A stretch of 63,111 bases of DNA from an uncultured Gammaproteobacteria bacterium. GTDB taxonomy: Bacteria > Pseudomonadota > Gammaproteobacteria > SZUA-140. Below the pieces are notes generated by a model. It searched no databases. It saw only the letters and a program-made list of their open reading frames with translations, and had not been told where the DNA came from. The stretch is taken from NCBI GenBank assembly GCA_945788675.1, contig CALZMY010000204.1, positions 1 to 63,111 on the forward strand. The letters are read 5' to 3'. A program made the position numbers and the translations under genes. Below, one piece after another: positions 18,332 through 29,715 of this stretch. The stretch's first letter is position 1; every line of letters starts with the position of its first letter.

Positions 18332-21300
18332 ATGCCAAAACGTACTGATATAAAAAGTGTTCTAGTGATAGGCGCAGGTCCCATCATCATTGGGCAGGCA
18401 TGCGAGTTCGACTATTCCGGTGCGCAAGCCTGTAAGGCGCTACGCGAAGAGGGTTATCGCGTTGTGCTGGTGAACTCCAATCCAGCCACGATCATGACCG
18501 ACCCCGAGATGGCGGATGCGACCTACATTGAACCGGTGCGGTGGCAGACCGTTGCCAAGATCATCGAAAAAGAACGCCCGGATGCATTGTTGCCAACGAT
18601 GGGTGGGCAGACCGCGCTGAACTGTGCGCTCGACCTTGCGCGTGAAGGGATACTTGAGAAGTTCGGTGTGGCGATGATCGGTGCATCTATCAATGCCATC
18701 GATATGGCCGAAGACCGTGACCGCTTCCGCAAGGCGATGGATAGCATTGGCCTTGAGTCACCGCGTTCCAGTATTGCCCACAGTATGGAAGAGGCGTTTC
18801 AGGTGCAGAAGAAGGTCGGTTTTCCGACGGTAATTCGCCCGTCATTTACCCTCGGCGGTAGCGGCGGTGGTATTGCCTATAATCGTGAAGAGTTTGTCGA
18901 GATCTGTGAGCGTGGTCTTGATCTATCGCCGACTAATGAACTGCTGATCGAAGAGTCGCTGGTGGGGTGGAAAGAGTATGAGATGGAGGTGGTGCGTGAT
19001 CGTAACGACAATTGCATCATTATCTGTTCGATTGAAAACTTTGACCCGATGGGCGTGCATACCGGTGACTCAATCACCATCGCACCAGCACTGACACTGA
19101 CCGATAAAGAGTACCAGAAGCTGCGTGATGCCTCGCTGGCAGTACTGCGCAAGATCGGCGTTGAGACCGGTGGTTCCAATGTTCAGTTTGGCATTAATCC
19201 TGATGATGGTCGCCTGGTCATTATTGAGATGAACCCTCGTGTTTCGCGTTCATCTGCACTGGCGTCAAAGGCGACCGGCTTCCCGATTGCGCGTGTCGCG
19301 GCAAAACTGGCGATTGGCTACACCCTTGATGAATTAAGAAATGAAATTACTGGCGGGGCGACCCCGGCGTCGTTCGAACCCACCATTGATTATATTGTGA
19401 CAAAAGTACCGCGTTTTACCTTTGAGAAATTTCCAAAAGCAGATTCACGCCTGACGACGCAGATGAAATCGGTCGGTGAAGTGATGGCGATTGGGCGCAC
19501 CTTTCAGGAGTCGTTACAGAAGGCGTTACGCGGACTTGAGACCGGCATGGATGGACTCAATGAGATGCTGGATGTGAATGCTGAAGATGCGCTTGAAATC
19601 ATTCAGCAGGAACTGGGTTCGCCCGGTCCTGATCGCATCTGGTATATCGCAGATGCCTTTCGTCACGGCTTATCGGTCGATGAGGTCTTTCGCTTGTGCA
19701 TGGTTGACCCATGGTTCCTGGTTCAGATCGAGCATCTGGTCGCGCTTGAAAATGGCATCAAGGGACGTGCGCTGGAGAGTTTTTCACGTGATGAACTGTA
19801 TATTTTGAAGCGTAAAGGTTTCTCAGATCGCCGTCTGGCAACGCTGTTGCAATCTCATGAAGATCAATTGCGTGCTTTGCGTGACAAGCTCGATATCCAT
19901 CCAGTCTATAAAAGGGTCGATTCATGTGCCGCAGAGTTTGCATCAAGCACTGCATACCTCTATTCGACTTACGAAGAAGAGTGCGAGTCAGCACCGTCGA
20001 GACGTGACAAGATTATGGTATTGGGAGGCGGGCCCAATCGTATCGGCCAGGGGATCGAGTTTGATTACTGCTGTGTACAGGCTGCTTTTGCAATGCGTGC
20101 GGATGGTTATGAGACGATTATGGTCAACTGCAATCCGGAGACGGTATCAACCGATTATGACACGTCGGATCGGCTCTATTTTGAACCGTTAACCCTGGAA
20201 GATGTGCTGGAAATTATTGCGGTTGAAAAACCTAAAGGCGTGATCGTGCAGTACGGTGGACAGACGCCGTTGAAGCTGGCGCGTGCACTGGAGGCTGCGG
20301 GCACACCGATTATTGGCACTTCGCCAGATGCGATCGACCTTGCCGAAGACCGTGAACGTTTTCAGCAATTGATCCACAGTTTAGGTCTACAGCAACCCCC
20401 CAATGCCACTGCACGTAACGAAATACAGGCGGTTGAGCTGGCGAAGGATATCGGCTTCCCATTGGTGGTGCGTCCATCTTATGTATTGGGTGGGCGTGCA
20501 ATGGAGATCGTGCATAATGAAGATGACCTGAAGCGTTACATGACGGAGGCGGTGCAGGTCTCAAACGATTCACCAGTGTTACTGGATCATTTCCTTAGCG
20601 ATGCCATTGAGATCGATGTCGATGCCGTGAGCGATGGTAGTACGGTGGTGATTGGTGGCATTATGCAGCATATTGAACAGGCGGGTATTCACTCCGGTGA
20701 TTCTGCCTGTTCGTTACCCCCATATAGTCTGGATGTTTCGGTAGTCGACGAGGTGCGAGCACAGGTCAAACAGCTGGCGTTGGGCCTTAATGTAAAAGGG
20801 TTAATGAACGTTCAGTTAGCCATTAAAGATAAAGATATCTATGTGATTGAAGTCAATCCACGTGCGTCACGTACCGTGCCGTTTGTCTCCAAGGCGTGCG
20901 GCATTTCACTGGCGCAGATCGGTGCGCGCTGCATGGCGGGTACTTCCCTTGCCGCGCAGGGCGTGGCTAAAGAGATTGTGCCTGAATATTTCTCAGTTAA
21001 GGAAGCGGTATTCCCGTTCGCCAAGTTCCCTGGTGTTGATACGTTGCTGGGACCGGAGATGAAATCGACCGGTGAGGTGATGGGCGTTGGCCGTACCTTT
21101 GCAGAAGCGTTTGCCAAGGCACAGTTAGGTGCCGGGGTTGATCTGCCGCGAGGCGGCCGTGCCTTCATCAGTGTGCGCGATGCCGACAAGCCAAAAGCGG
21201 TTGACGTTGCACGTATGCTAAGTGAAATGAACTTTGAAATTGTGGCAACTAGAGGCACCAAAGAGGCCCTGGATGCGGCGGATATTCCCTCTGCGATGGT

Positions 21301-21553
21301 CAACAAAGTGGCCGAAGGTCGTCCGCATATTGTTGATATGATCAAAAATGATGAGGTCGATTTTATTATTAATACCACGTCAGGCCGACGTGCTGTATCG
21401 GACTCGAGTCATATACGTCGTGCCGCGCTGCAACATAAATTGACGTACACTACCACGATTGCCGGTGCCCATGTTACTGCCATGGCGCTTAAGCAGATCG
21501 ATCAGGATGATGTAAATAATCTACAAGACTTGCATAAGGAGTTAAATGCATGA
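18332..21553 (+). CDS. carB: Carbamoyl-phosphate synthase large subunit.
   Basis: 1073 aa with duplicated ATP-grasp halves (two copies of the GQAxEFDYSG/GQGIEFDYC pattern) and a C-terminal MGS-like domain. Confidence 0.98.
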   Translation: MPKRTDIKSVLVIGAGPIIIGQACEFDYSGAQACKALREEGYRVVLVNSNPATIMTDPEMADATYIEPVRWQTVAKIIEKERPDALLPTMGGQTALNCALDLAREGILEKFGVAMIGASINAIDMAEDRDRFRKAMDSIGLESPRSSIAHSMEEAFQVQKKVGFPTVIRPSFTLGGSGGGIAYNREEFVEICERGLDLSPTNELLIEESLVGWKEYEMEVVRDRNDNCIIICSIENFDPMGVHTGDSITIAPALTLTDKEYQKLRDASLAVLRKIGVETGGSNVQFGINPDDGRLVIIEMNPRVSRSSALASKATGFPIARVAAKLAIGYTLDELRNEITGGATPASFEPTIDYIVTKVPRFTFEKFPKADSRLTTQMKSVGEVMAIGRTFQESLQKALRGLETGMDGLNEMLDVNAEDALEIIQQELGSPGPDRIWYIADAFRHGLSVDEVFRLCMVDPWFLVQIEHLVALENGIKGRALESFSRDELYILKRKGFSDRRLATLLQSHEDQLRALRDKLDIHPVYKRVDSCAAEFASSTAYLYSTYEEECESAPSRRDKIMVLGGGPNRIGQGIEFDYCCVQAAFAMRADGYETIMVNCNPETVSTDYDTSDRLYFEPLTLEDVLEIIAVEKPKGVIVQYGGQTPLKLARALEAAGTPIIGTSPDAIDLAEDRERFQQLIHSLGLQQPPNATARNEIQAVELAKDIGFPLVVRPSYVLGGRAMEIVHNEDDLKRYMTEAVQVSNDSPVLLDHFLSDAIEIDVDAVSDGSTVVIGGIMQHIEQAGIHSGDSACSLPPYSLDVSVVDEVRAQVKQLALGLNVKGLMNVQLAIKDKDIYVIEVNPRASRTVPFVSKACGISLAQIGARCMAGTSLAAQGVAKEIVPEYFSVKEAVFPFAKFPGVDTLLGPEMKSTGEVMGVGRTFAEAFAKAQLGAGVDLPRGGRAFISVRDADKPKAVDVARMLSEMNFEIVATRGTKEALDAADIPSAMVNKVAEGRPHIVDMIKNDEVDFIINTTSGRRAVSDSSHIRRAALQHKLTYTTTIAGAHVTAMALKQIDQDDVNNLQDLHKELNA

Positions 21554-22026
21554 ATAAGGTCCCTTTGACCCTGGCAGGAGCCGAAAGCCTGCGTAAGGAA
21601 CTGGAAGCGTTGAAAACTGTTGCACGCCCACGTGTGATCGAGGCGATTGCAGAGGCGCGTGCCCACGGCGACTTAAAAGAGAATGCGGAATATCATGCCG
21701 CTAAGGAACAGCAGAGTTTCATCGAAGGGCGTATTAACGAGATCGATGGCAAGCTGGGGAACGCCGAGATCATCGACGTGACTAAACTGAACGCGGGTGG
21801 CAAGATTGTCTTTGGTGCGACGGTGACCCTTTGTAATGAAGAAACCGGTGAAGAGGTGACCTATCAAATTGTCGGCGTCGATGAGGCCGATATCAAGGTC
21901 AATAAAATCTCGGTGAGTTCACCGATTGCGCGTGCGTTGATTGGCAAGGAAGTAGAAGATATCGCCACAGTACAGGCACCAGGTGGGGTCATAGAATACG
22001 AGATCCTCTCCATCAAATACATCTGA
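21550..22026 (+). CDS. greA: Transcription elongation factor GreA.
   Basis: 158 aa with [16 protein letters not shown] and [10 protein letters not shown]. The start overlaps the carB stop (ATGA). Confidence 0.95.
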   Translation: MNKVPLTLAGAESLRKELEALKTVARPRVIEAIAEARAHGDLKENAEYHAAKEQQSFIEGRINEIDGKLGNAEIIDVTKLNAGGKIVFGATVTLCNEETGEEVTYQIVGVDEADIKVNKISVSSPIARALIGKEVEDIATVQAPGGVIEYEILSIKYI

Positions 22027-22045
22027 AGAATCCACATAGGGACTA

Positions 22046-22534
22046 GTGATGGCGATTATTAGTGCACAACGATTCGAAATAGTTGAGCGTCTGTTGATGG
22101 CGCTGTGGGTGGGCGGCCTCTGTGCGATTGGTTACATCGCCGCGCCTGTTCTCTTTGCTTCACTTGACGACCGGCAGGTCGCCGGGATGCTCGCAGGTAA
22201 GTTGTTCAACGTGATCAGCTGGGGTGGACTCGGTATCGGCATTATCTTGTGTATCGGCAGCATTGCGTGTGCAGGCACACAGTGGTTGCGTCAATGGCGC
22301 GCGTGGGCACTGTTGGGAATGGTGCTGATTGTGTGCGTGATGCTGTTCGTGTTGCAACCGATGATGGCGGAACTCAAGGCTCAGGGCCCTGTTGTCGAGG
22401 GGTCTGAGCTTGCGGCTGCGTTTGGCCGCCTGCACGGCATTTCTTCACTACTTTATCTGGTGATGTCACTATCAGGGCTGTTACTCGTTGCAGTGGGGTT
22501 GCGACGAAACACCGGAGGGAACGGGGCTGGATAA
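22046..22534 (+). CDS. DUF4149-like (TMEM205-like) membrane protein.
   Basis: Four predicted TM helices. LWVGGLCAIGYIAAPVLF...GKLF resembles the DUF4149 N-terminus. Confidence 0.6.
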   Translation: MMAIISAQRFEIVERLLMALWVGGLCAIGYIAAPVLFASLDDRQVAGMLAGKLFNVISWGGLGIGIILCIGSIACAGTQWLRQWRAWALLGMVLIVCVMLFVLQPMMAELKAQGPVVEGSELAAAFGRLHGISSLLYLVMSLSGLLLVAVGLRRNTGGNGAG

Positions 22535-22689
22535 AGTGCGCTATCGTTTTTCAGTAGCACCATACTTTATCGTTGTGTTTCATTTCTCTAGCTGGTTCAA
22601 CGAGTGACCTTGCGAATGCACGCGGTGTCATAGCGTCTGCTGTTAAAAAGGTCTGAGAAAAACAGATTGAATGCGGCCCGCTATGTTTG

Positions 22690-23061
22690 TTATAAGGCAA
22701 TGTTTTCCCATTGTTCTTTAGTGACTTTATATAAGACATGTTCTCGAAGTGGATGGTTTTCTGGAATCATTGGATGTTCGAAATTAGCTTCAGTATTTCG
22801 CATGTTCAAACGCTCCATCACTGACCAGGACCTTTTATTTGATATGGAGGCAAAGGAATAGACTTCATTTAGATCTAGTCCTTCGAATGCAAACTTTAAA
22901 GATGCCCTGGCCGCTTCAGTAGCATAGCCATTCCCCCAGAATTCCTTTCCCAGACGCCAGCCAACTCCAATGCATGGTGAGACGGGTAGTTTATAATTTG
23001 GCTCATGAAGTCCCACAAACCCTAAAAACCGTTTTTCATTGATTAGCTCAACTCTGAATGG
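22690..23061 (-). pseudogene. 5'-truncated GNAT (RimJ/RimL-type) N-acetyltransferase fragment.
   Basis: The frame encodes ...FRVELINEKRFLGFVGLHEP...GVGWRLGKEFWGNGYATEAARASLKFAFE...VYSFASISNKRSWSVMERL, which is the C-terminal two-thirds of a GNAT. The frame is closed by TGA at 23062-23064, and about 55 N-terminal residues are missing. Confidence 0.7.
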
Positions 23062-23062
23062 T

Positions 23063-23188
23063 CAGAAATCAATCGCAGAGTATTTTGAGTCAGAAGACAT
23101 TATCACTAAACTACGTGAGATCGGAGTGGATTATCTACAGGGTTTTGCTATATCAAAACCTGTCCCTCTGATTGCTGATATTAGCTAA
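23063..23188 (+). pseudogene. 3'-terminal remnant of an EAL-domain (c-di-GMP phosphodiesterase) gene.
   Basis: The frame ending in TAA at 23186 reads ...SIAEYFESEDIITKLREIGVDYLQGFAISKPVPLIADIS*. This resembles the conserved EAL C-terminus (AE.VE....L...GVDY.QG....KP.PL). There is no start codon or upstream domain. Confidence 0.55.
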
Positions 23189-23522
23189 ATATCTGAAATA
23201 TTAAAGTGACCGAAGGGGCTGGGATGAGCGTTCATCAGCTTTATGTCATTTATACAAATTTTGTTGCCACATTATCTGCTGCCAATGGGGTCGATAGCAA
23301 CCTTGTGATTACTAGCATTAAAATATGTTACCTATACTCGAGCACATGATTGTTATAGAGGTTTAGTCATGAATGGAGTATTACAAATATTATTTGTGTT
23401 GCCGCTATTTTTTTGTTTCTGTAGCATGGGCCGTACTAGTTGCTCGCGTTACAGATGTGTTATCGCAGTCGTCAGTGGTCATCATTTGCTGGCAAGATGT
23501 TGAACTTAACGCGTGTAGTATT

Positions 23523-23539
23523 TGATGGGGACCCCATCA
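23523..23539. promoter_or_regulatory. 17-bp perfect palindrome upstream of zwf; candidate operator.
   Basis: TGATGGGG-A-CCCCATCA ends 28 nt upstream of the zwf ATG. The central loop is too short for a hairpin, so a dimer-binding site is more likely. Confidence 0.3.
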
Positions 23540-23566
23540 GGCTGACCGGATAGAAAGGAGTTGGGT

Positions 23567-25066
23567 ATGGGAGAGACTGTGAACAGGCGTTGTCTGGGTG
23601 AACCGACAGAGCCGGCGAATATTGTGATCTTCGGTGCGGGGGGGGATTTAACCAAGCGTAAATTGATTCCATCACTGATAAAGATGCTGCGTTGTGGTCT
23701 GTTACACCCGAAGAGTCGCATCATTGGTGTTTTGAAGGGGCGCACTGAAGAGGCGTGGCTGGACTCGCTTTACCAGGGCCTGCGTGCATATGCGCCCGAG
23801 ATTAGTATGAATGAAGCGCAGTGGCGGACGTTCAGTGCGATGTGCACAATCGTCTCCGGTGACCTGCAGGAAGAGACTACTTATACCGATCTGGAAGGGG
23901 CGCTGGAGACCATTGAAGGCCATTGTAATGCGATGTTCTATTGTGCGGTGCCGCCGGTATGGTATGCAAAAATAGCCACTGGTCTGAACAAGTCTGGTCT
24001 GTCTGCTGAAAAAGCTGGATTCCGTCGTGTGGTGATCGAAAAACCCTTTGGAATGGATCTGGATAGCTCAAAAAGACTTAACCGTGAATTGCAGACCTCG
24101 CTGAATGAATCGCAGATTTACCGCATCGACCACTATCTGGGTAAGGAAAGTGTGCAGAACCTGCTTGTCTATCGTTTTTCCAATAGCATTCTTGAGCCGT
24201 TATGGAATCGAAATTTTATCGATCATATTCAAATCTCGGCGGCCGAGTCGATTGGTATTGAGTATCGTGCCAATTATTATGAAAAATCGGGTGCCCTGCG
24301 TGACATGATACAAAGCCATTTGATGCAGGTGATGACGCTGGTGGCGATGGAGCCTCCGGTTGAGTTTACTGCGGATGCGGTGCGGGATGAAAAGATTAAG
24401 GTGCTGCGTGCAGTACGCCCTTTCGAAACCGAAAACATTAAAAAGCAGACCGTCGCAGCACAGTATGGTGCTGGTCATATCGGAGGTGAGCCAGTTAAAT
24501 CTTACGTCGCTGAAGAAGGGGTATCGCCGGAATCCGCTACCGAGACCTTTGTTGGCGCGCGTTTTTATATTGATAACTGGCGCTGGCAGGGGGTGCCCTT
24601 TGTGCTTTGGACCGGCAAACGGCTGCCAAAACGGGTTTCAGAAATCGTGATCCGCTTTCGCAAACCACCGTTTAATCTGTTTGATGTGCAGGGTAATCCA
24701 CCACTGGCCAACGCACTGGTGTTTCGTGTGCATCCGGATGAGGGCATTGCCTTACGTATGAATGCAAAACTCCCGGGCCTGACCACGGAGCTTAAACGTA
24801 GTGTGATGCGTGCGCCGTACGCTGAAGATGAGGGCGATATCTCAGATGCATACGAGGTCTTGCTGCATGATGTATTGACCGGTGATGCTACGCTATTTTC
24901 ACGGGCCGACGAGGTGGAAGAGTCCTGGAAAATCATTGACCCCATTTTAAAGGCCTGGAAAGATAAACTTTCCATTAGTCGTTATCAGGCGGGGAGCTGG
25001 GAGATTGAAGGGATGGATGAACTGCTTTCTGGCTGTGAACTCGGCTGGCACAAGCCGAGCTACTGA
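23567..25066 (+). CDS. zwf: Glucose-6-phosphate 1-dehydrogenase.
   Basis: IVIFGAGGDLTKRKL (NADP site), RIDHYLGKE (active site). AGGAG lies 6 nt upstream of ATG 23567. Confidence 0.95.
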   Translation: MGETVNRRCLGEPTEPANIVIFGAGGDLTKRKLIPSLIKMLRCGLLHPKSRIIGVLKGRTEEAWLDSLYQGLRAYAPEISMNEAQWRTFSAMCTIVSGDLQEETTYTDLEGALETIEGHCNAMFYCAVPPVWYAKIATGLNKSGLSAEKAGFRRVVIEKPFGMDLDSSKRLNRELQTSLNESQIYRIDHYLGKESVQNLLVYRFSNSILEPLWNRNFIDHIQISAAESIGIEYRANYYEKSGALRDMIQSHLMQVMTLVAMEPPVEFTADAVRDEKIKVLRAVRPFETENIKKQTVAAQYGAGHIGGEPVKSYVAEEGVSPESATETFVGARFYIDNWRWQGVPFVLWTGKRLPKRVSEIVIRFRKPPFNLFDVQGNPPLANALVFRVHPDEGIALRMNAKLPGLTTELKRSVMRAPYAEDEGDISDAYEVLLHDVLTGDATLFSRADEVEESWKIIDPILKAWKDKLSISRYQAGSWEIEGMDELLSGCELGWHKPSY

Positions 25067-25067
25067 T

Positions 25068-25742
25068 ATGCATCACTGGATGGTTTATTCCTCACTCGAC
25101 GTCGCTGCGAAAGCCGCCGCCGATTTTATCGCTAATCAGATTACCGCGAGTATTGAAGCGCGAGGTGTTTGTCATATGATTGTGCCGGGTGGCAATACTC
25201 CCGCCGGATGTTTTGCTGCGCTGGCAGAAAAATCCCTGCCGTGGGATAAGCTGCACTGCTATCCAGGTGATGAACGCTGTTATGCCGTCGGAAATGCTGA
25301 ACGTAATGATGTGATGATTGCACAGCACCTGTTGTCACGGCTTGAGTCGATCCATTTTCACCCGATGCCGACAGAGCTTGGGCCGGAGCAGGCCGCGATC
25401 GCCTATCGCAAAACTATTCAGGCGGTCGGTCTCTTCGATATCGCCTTTCTTGGTATGGGTGAGGATGGCCATACCGCTAGCTTGTTTCCAGGTAATGCGG
25501 CGTTGCAGGAATCAGCATCGGTAGTGGCGGTGCATGCGTCACCCAAGCCTCCCGCCGATCGCGTGAGTATGGGTCTGATGACCTTACGCCAGGCACGTCT
25601 ACGTGTGGTGCTGGCGGCCGGTGCTTCAAAGGCGCCGATCATGGCGCGTATACAAGCTGGCGAAGCATTGCCGGTGAATCAGGTGGGTGATATTCACTGG
25701 TTTGTCGATGAGGCCTCTGTATCAAATGAGGACGAGAAATGA
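25068..25742 (+). CDS. pgl: 6-phosphogluconolactonase.
   Basis: VPGGNTP and GMGEDGHTASLFPG motifs. The ATG is 1 nt after the zwf stop. Confidence 0.9.
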   Translation: MHHWMVYSSLDVAAKAAADFIANQITASIEARGVCHMIVPGGNTPAGCFAALAEKSLPWDKLHCYPGDERCYAVGNAERNDVMIAQHLLSRLESIHFHPMPTELGPEQAAIAYRKTIQAVGLFDIAFLGMGEDGHTASLFPGNAALQESASVVAVHASPKPPADRVSMGLMTLRQARLRVVLAAGASKAPIMARIQAGEALPVNQVGDIHWFVDEASVSNEDEK

Positions 25743-25844
25743 CGGTTAGAACTGGGTGTTAATCTGTTTTACTTGTTTAAAAAATAAAGGAACAATAGAA
25801 TGGCTAATAAAGAAGTTTTTTTATTGTTGTTGAGAGGAGCATGG

Positions 25845-26051
25845 ATGATGAAAATGCAGGAAATACGCGAATTAGCCAAAGCGATTGGGATTAAAACTGG
25901 GCGTCTGAATAAATTGAATCTGATTCAAGCTATTCAATTGAGCGAGGGTAATTTTAATTGTTTCGCCTCAGCGCAAGAGGGCGTATGTGATCAGCCATTA
26001 TGCAGGTGGCGTGATGACTGTTTTACCGCAGCGAAGAAGCTGCGTAATTAA
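25845..26051 (+). CDS. Small Cys-rich protein with an N-terminal Rho_N/SAP-like helix-extended-helix.
   Basis: MMKMQEIRELAKAIGIKTGRLNKLNLIQAIQLSEGN followed by C-x11-C-x4-C-x5-C. AGGAG lies 5 nt upstream of ATG 25845. The stop overlaps the convergent glgA stop region. Confidence 0.6.
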   Translation: MMKMQEIRELAKAIGIKTGRLNKLNLIQAIQLSEGNFNCFASAQEGVCDQPLCRWRDDCFTAAKKLRN

Positions 26052-27511
26052 TCGGCTGTCTGGTCGCGGTCGGCGAGTGCCTGCAGGTAAAGTTCGATAT
26101 AGTGTTCGGCGCTGTGCGTCCATGAAAAATCTCCGTTCATTGCGGTGAGTTGTAACTGTCTCCACACATCAGGTTGTGCATATAGTGTCAGCGCCCGCTT
26201 GACTGTCGCCTGGAGTGCTGTGGCACTTTGACTGGTCATGACAAAACCATTGGCGGTGGTATTCGCTCTATTTTGCTTGCTGGCATCGACTACGGTATCG
26301 GCCAGGCCGCCGACGTTTCTGGCGATCGGCAATGTGCCGTATCGTAGGCTGTATAACTGGTTCAGGCCGCAGGGTTCAAAGGTAGAAGGCATCAGGAAGA
26401 GGTCGCTGCTTGCCTCGATCTGGTGTGACAGAGGTTCGTTATAGCCGATGATGACCTTGAGTCGGTCCGGATGTTTGCGCGACCATTCCATCAGCCGCAT
26501 TTCGTAGTGAATATCACCGCTGCCCAGTATGACTAATTGCAGCGGCATAGCAAGCATCTCAGCCATTGCTTGCAGGATGATATCCAGACCTTTTTGCTCC
26601 ACCATACGGCTGATCATACCGATAAGTGGGATCTTTGCATCGATGGGTAGATGGAACTGTTTTTGTAGGGCCGTTTTATTCAGGCTTTTTTGTTGCAGCG
26701 TGGTGGTGTCGTAGCAGGCGGCGAGGTGTGGATCCGTTGCCGGATTCCAGACCGAGTGGTCGATACCGTTGAGAATACCGGAAAGCCGCGCTTGACGATG
26801 CTGTAGCAATCCACTTAGACCATTACCAAATTCAGGTTGCAGGATCTCATCGGCATAGGTTGGACTGACGGTGTTGATGCGATCAGCAAAAACCAGCCCG
26901 CCCTTGATGAAGGAGAGCTGATCATAAAATTCGAGGCCATCAGGGTGCCAGAGTTCTGATGATAGCTCCAGGTCGAGAAAGGTCTGGTGATCAAACAGTC
27001 CCTGGTAGGCGAGATTGTGAATGGTGAATACCGTGGCCGGTCGTTGTTTGAACGGATGTAACAACGCTGGAATTAATCCCGATTGCCAGTCGTTACCGTG
27101 TACAATGTCAGGTTGCCACCGCAGGTTGAGCTTGTTCATCGCGATATCGACGGCCACTTTACAGAACACGGCGAAGCGCAGGGCATTATCATGCCAGGGC
27201 TGGCCATTACTATCCATGTAAGGGCCACCAGGGCGATCAAAGGCAGCGGGACAGTGCACCAGCCACACCGGTACCTTGCTGTTGGGTAACTGAGTCTCAA
27301 GTAAGGAGACCTTAAGATTGTAGTAGGCACCGCTGGCTAGTTGTTTAACATTTTCGACCTGTTGCAAGACCTGTGGATAGGCTGGCAGGAGGAGGCGGAT
27401 ATCTTCGGAAAGGTTTGACAGAGCGATCGGCAGACTGCCAGCGACATCGGCAAGACCACCGGTCTTGATCAGCGGGAAGGCCTCGCTGCTGACGTATAGA
27501 ATCTTGCTCAT
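26048..27511 (-). CDS. glgA: Glycogen synthase (ADP-glucose type).
   Basis: [24 protein letters not shown]-terminus and a GT5-type C-terminus ([20 protein letters not shown]). Confidence 0.95.
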   Translation of the reverse strand: MSKILYVSSEAFPLIKTGGLADVAGSLPIALSNLSEDIRLLLPAYPQVLQQVENVKQLASGAYYNLKVSLLETQLPNSKVPVWLVHCPAAFDRPGGPYMDSNGQPWHDNALRFAVFCKVAVDIAMNKLNLRWQPDIVHGNDWQSGLIPALLHPFKQRPATVFTIHNLAYQGLFDHQTFLDLELSSELWHPDGLEFYDQLSFIKGGLVFADRINTVSPTYADEILQPEFGNGLSGLLQHRQARLSGILNGIDHSVWNPATDPHLAACYDTTTLQQKSLNKTALQKQFHLPIDAKIPLIGMISRMVEQKGLDIILQAMAEMLAMPLQLVILGSGDIHYEMRLMEWSRKHPDRLKVIIGYNEPLSHQIEASSDLFLMPSTFEPCGLNQLYSLRYGTLPIARNVGGLADTVVDASKQNRANTTANGFVMTSQSATALQATVKRALTLYAQPDVWRQLQLTAMNGDFSWTHSAEHYIELYLQALADRDQTAD

Positions 27512-29715
27512 TGTTTGATCAGGACTAGTCCGGCCAGTGGCGGTAGGTCGAGGATGAGCGAGGCTGGCCTCTCCATCCAGGCGTTGTTATCGGCAACGAC
27601 TAAGTTATCACTGCCCGCATTGCTGCCAGCGTAGTAGTTCGAGTCAGAATTAAAGAGTACCTGGTACCCACCAGCGACAGGTACACCTACCCGATAATTG
27701 TGTCGTACCACTGGGGTGAAATTCAGCACGACGATGATCGTTTGATTGCCATCCTTTCTCAAGTAGGCGAGTACGGATTGATCTGTGTCGTTGCAACTTA
27801 TCCATTCAAAGCCATCGTGATCAAAGTCATAATGATGCAAGGCCGGTTGTTGGATGTAAAGCCGGTTGAGATCGCCAACCAGTTGTTTAATACCGATATG
27901 TAACGGGTATTGTAGTGTATACCAGTCTAGTACCTGGTCATGATTCCACTCGTTGCCCTGACCGAACTCACACCCCATGAATAGCAGTTTTTTTCCGGGG
28001 TAGGTAAACATGTAGGTATAGAGCAGGCGCAGGTTGGCAAAGCGTTGCCATTCATCTCCTGGCATCTTGTTAATCATCGAACCTTTGCCATGCACCACTT
28101 CGTCATGTGAAAACGGCAGGATGAAGTTTTCGCTGAACAGGTATAGCAGGCCAAAGGTGAGCTTGTCATGGTGGTAGTGGCGGTGCACAGGATCTTTGCT
28201 CATATATGTCAGCGTGTCGTGCATCCAGCCCATGTTCCATTTCATGCTAAAACCGAGGCCGCCAAGATTCACAGGGCGAGTGACCTGTGGCCAGGCGGTG
28301 GATTCTTCGGCCATGATGATGCTGCCGGGATGGCGCTCATGGGTGGCGGTGTTGAGTTCGCGCATGAAGGCGATCGCTTCCAGGTTTTCATTGCCACCGT
28401 GTTGATTAGGCAGCCAGTCATCTGCTTCACGTGAGTAATCGAGATAGAGCATGGAGGCGACGGCATCCACGCGCAGACCATCGATGTGAAACTCTTCGAT
28501 CCAGAACAGGGCGTTGGCGATGAGAAAGTTTTTAACTTCATTTCGACCATAATTGTAGATTAGCGTGCCCCAGTCGCGGTGTTCACCGCGGCGCGGGTCT
28601 TCATGCTCATAGAGGGCACTGCCATCAAAACGGGCCAGGCCGTGCTCATCTTTGGGAAAGTGTGCGGGTACCCAGTCGAGTAGCACGCCGATATCGTGCT
28701 GATGAAAGTAATCGACGAAGTAACGAAAATCATCGGCCGTACCAAAGCGCCTGGTCGGCGCGAAGTAGCCGGTGGTCTGATAGCCCCATGAGGCATCCAG
28801 CGGGTGCTCGGTGATCGGCATCAGTTCTATATGCGTAAAGCCTGTCTCTTGAATATAATCGACCAGGCGATGGGCGAGTTCGCGATAATTGAGAAACCGA
28901 TTATCTTCATCGCGCTGCCAGGAACCGAGATGGCATTCATAGATCGACATCGGTTGATGCAGCCAGTCGCTTTCCATACGTTGCGCCAACCATTGTTCAT
29001 CCTGCCAGTTATATGCCGAGTGTCCATTTACCACTGAAGCCGTACGCGGGCGGAGCTCCATTTGTTGAGCATAAGGGTCGGTCTTGCTGAGTATTTCGCC
29101 GCTGTGACGGTTGCGGATCTCATATTTGTAGAGGGCGCTATTCTCCAGCCCTGGAATGAACAGCTCCCAGACACCATTACCACCGCGTGACACCATTGGG
29201 TGGCGTCGTCCATCCCAGTCATTAAAATCGCCAACGATGCTGACGCGCTCGGCATTCGGTGCCCAGGTCGCGAACTGTATGCCACTGATACCATCGATCT
29301 GTTTCTTGTGCGCGCCAAGGAAGTTGTAGATATGAAAATGACGGCCTTCGGCAAACAGGTGCAGGTCATAATCGCTGATCTGTGGCGCAAAGTTGTATGG
29401 ATCGTAGTAATCGTGGTGGCACTGCTGCTGGTCGAGACGGCGTAGCTGATAGTGCTCGGGAAGCGTGTCAAGATCACCGTGATAGATAAAGAAATCGGTA
29501 TCAGAGATGCGCTGTGTTACGACATCAAGATCACTCAGGCTGAGTTCAAGGGTATCAGGTGAATAGAACAGGATAAACGAGCGGGTATTACCTGGTTGTC
29601 TTCCTAGAATGCTGGCCGGGTCGTGGTGCGTCGCATGGGTGATCCTCTCCATGTCTGCTCGGAGCTCCTTGAGGAGGGCCGCTGGTATAGACTTATTGAT
29701 AGGCTTTATTGACAT
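27508..29715 (-). CDS. glgB: 1,4-alpha-glucan branching enzyme.
   Basis: 735 aa with the GH13 conserved regions [23 protein letters not shown] and SHDEVVHGK. The stop overlaps the glgA start (ATGA). Confidence 0.97.
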   Translation of the reverse strand: MSIKPINKSIPAALLKELRADMERITHATHHDPASILGRQPGNTRSFILFYSPDTLELSLSDLDVVTQRISDTDFFIYHGDLDTLPEHYQLRRLDQQQCHHDYYDPYNFAPQISDYDLHLFAEGRHFHIYNFLGAHKKQIDGISGIQFATWAPNAERVSIVGDFNDWDGRRHPMVSRGGNGVWELFIPGLENSALYKYEIRNRHSGEILSKTDPYAQQMELRPRTASVVNGHSAYNWQDEQWLAQRMESDWLHQPMSIYECHLGSWQRDEDNRFLNYRELAHRLVDYIQETGFTHIELMPITEHPLDASWGYQTTGYFAPTRRFGTADDFRYFVDYFHQHDIGVLLDWVPAHFPKDEHGLARFDGSALYEHEDPRRGEHRDWGTLIYNYGRNEVKNFLIANALFWIEEFHIDGLRVDAVASMLYLDYSREADDWLPNQHGGNENLEAIAFMRELNTATHERHPGSIIMAEESTAWPQVTRPVNLGGLGFSMKWNMGWMHDTLTYMSKDPVHRHYHHDKLTFGLLYLFSENFILPFSHDEVVHGKGSMINKMPGDEWQRFANLRLLYTYMFTYPGKKLLFMGCEFGQGNEWNHDQVLDWYTLQYPLHIGIKQLVGDLNRLYIQQPALHHYDFDHDGFEWISCNDTDQSVLAYLRKDGNQTIIVVLNFTPVVRHNYRVGVPVAGGYQVLFNSDSNYYAGSNAGSDNLVVADNNAWMERPASLILDLPPLAGLVLIKQ

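Noticed and set aside
22551-22739. 62-aa minus-strand ORF downstream of the GNAT fragment.
   Set aside because: It overlaps the GNAT 3' end in another frame and has no SD or recognisable motif. At most it is another decayed remnant in the scar (the ...MTPRAFARSL... stretch is too short to call).
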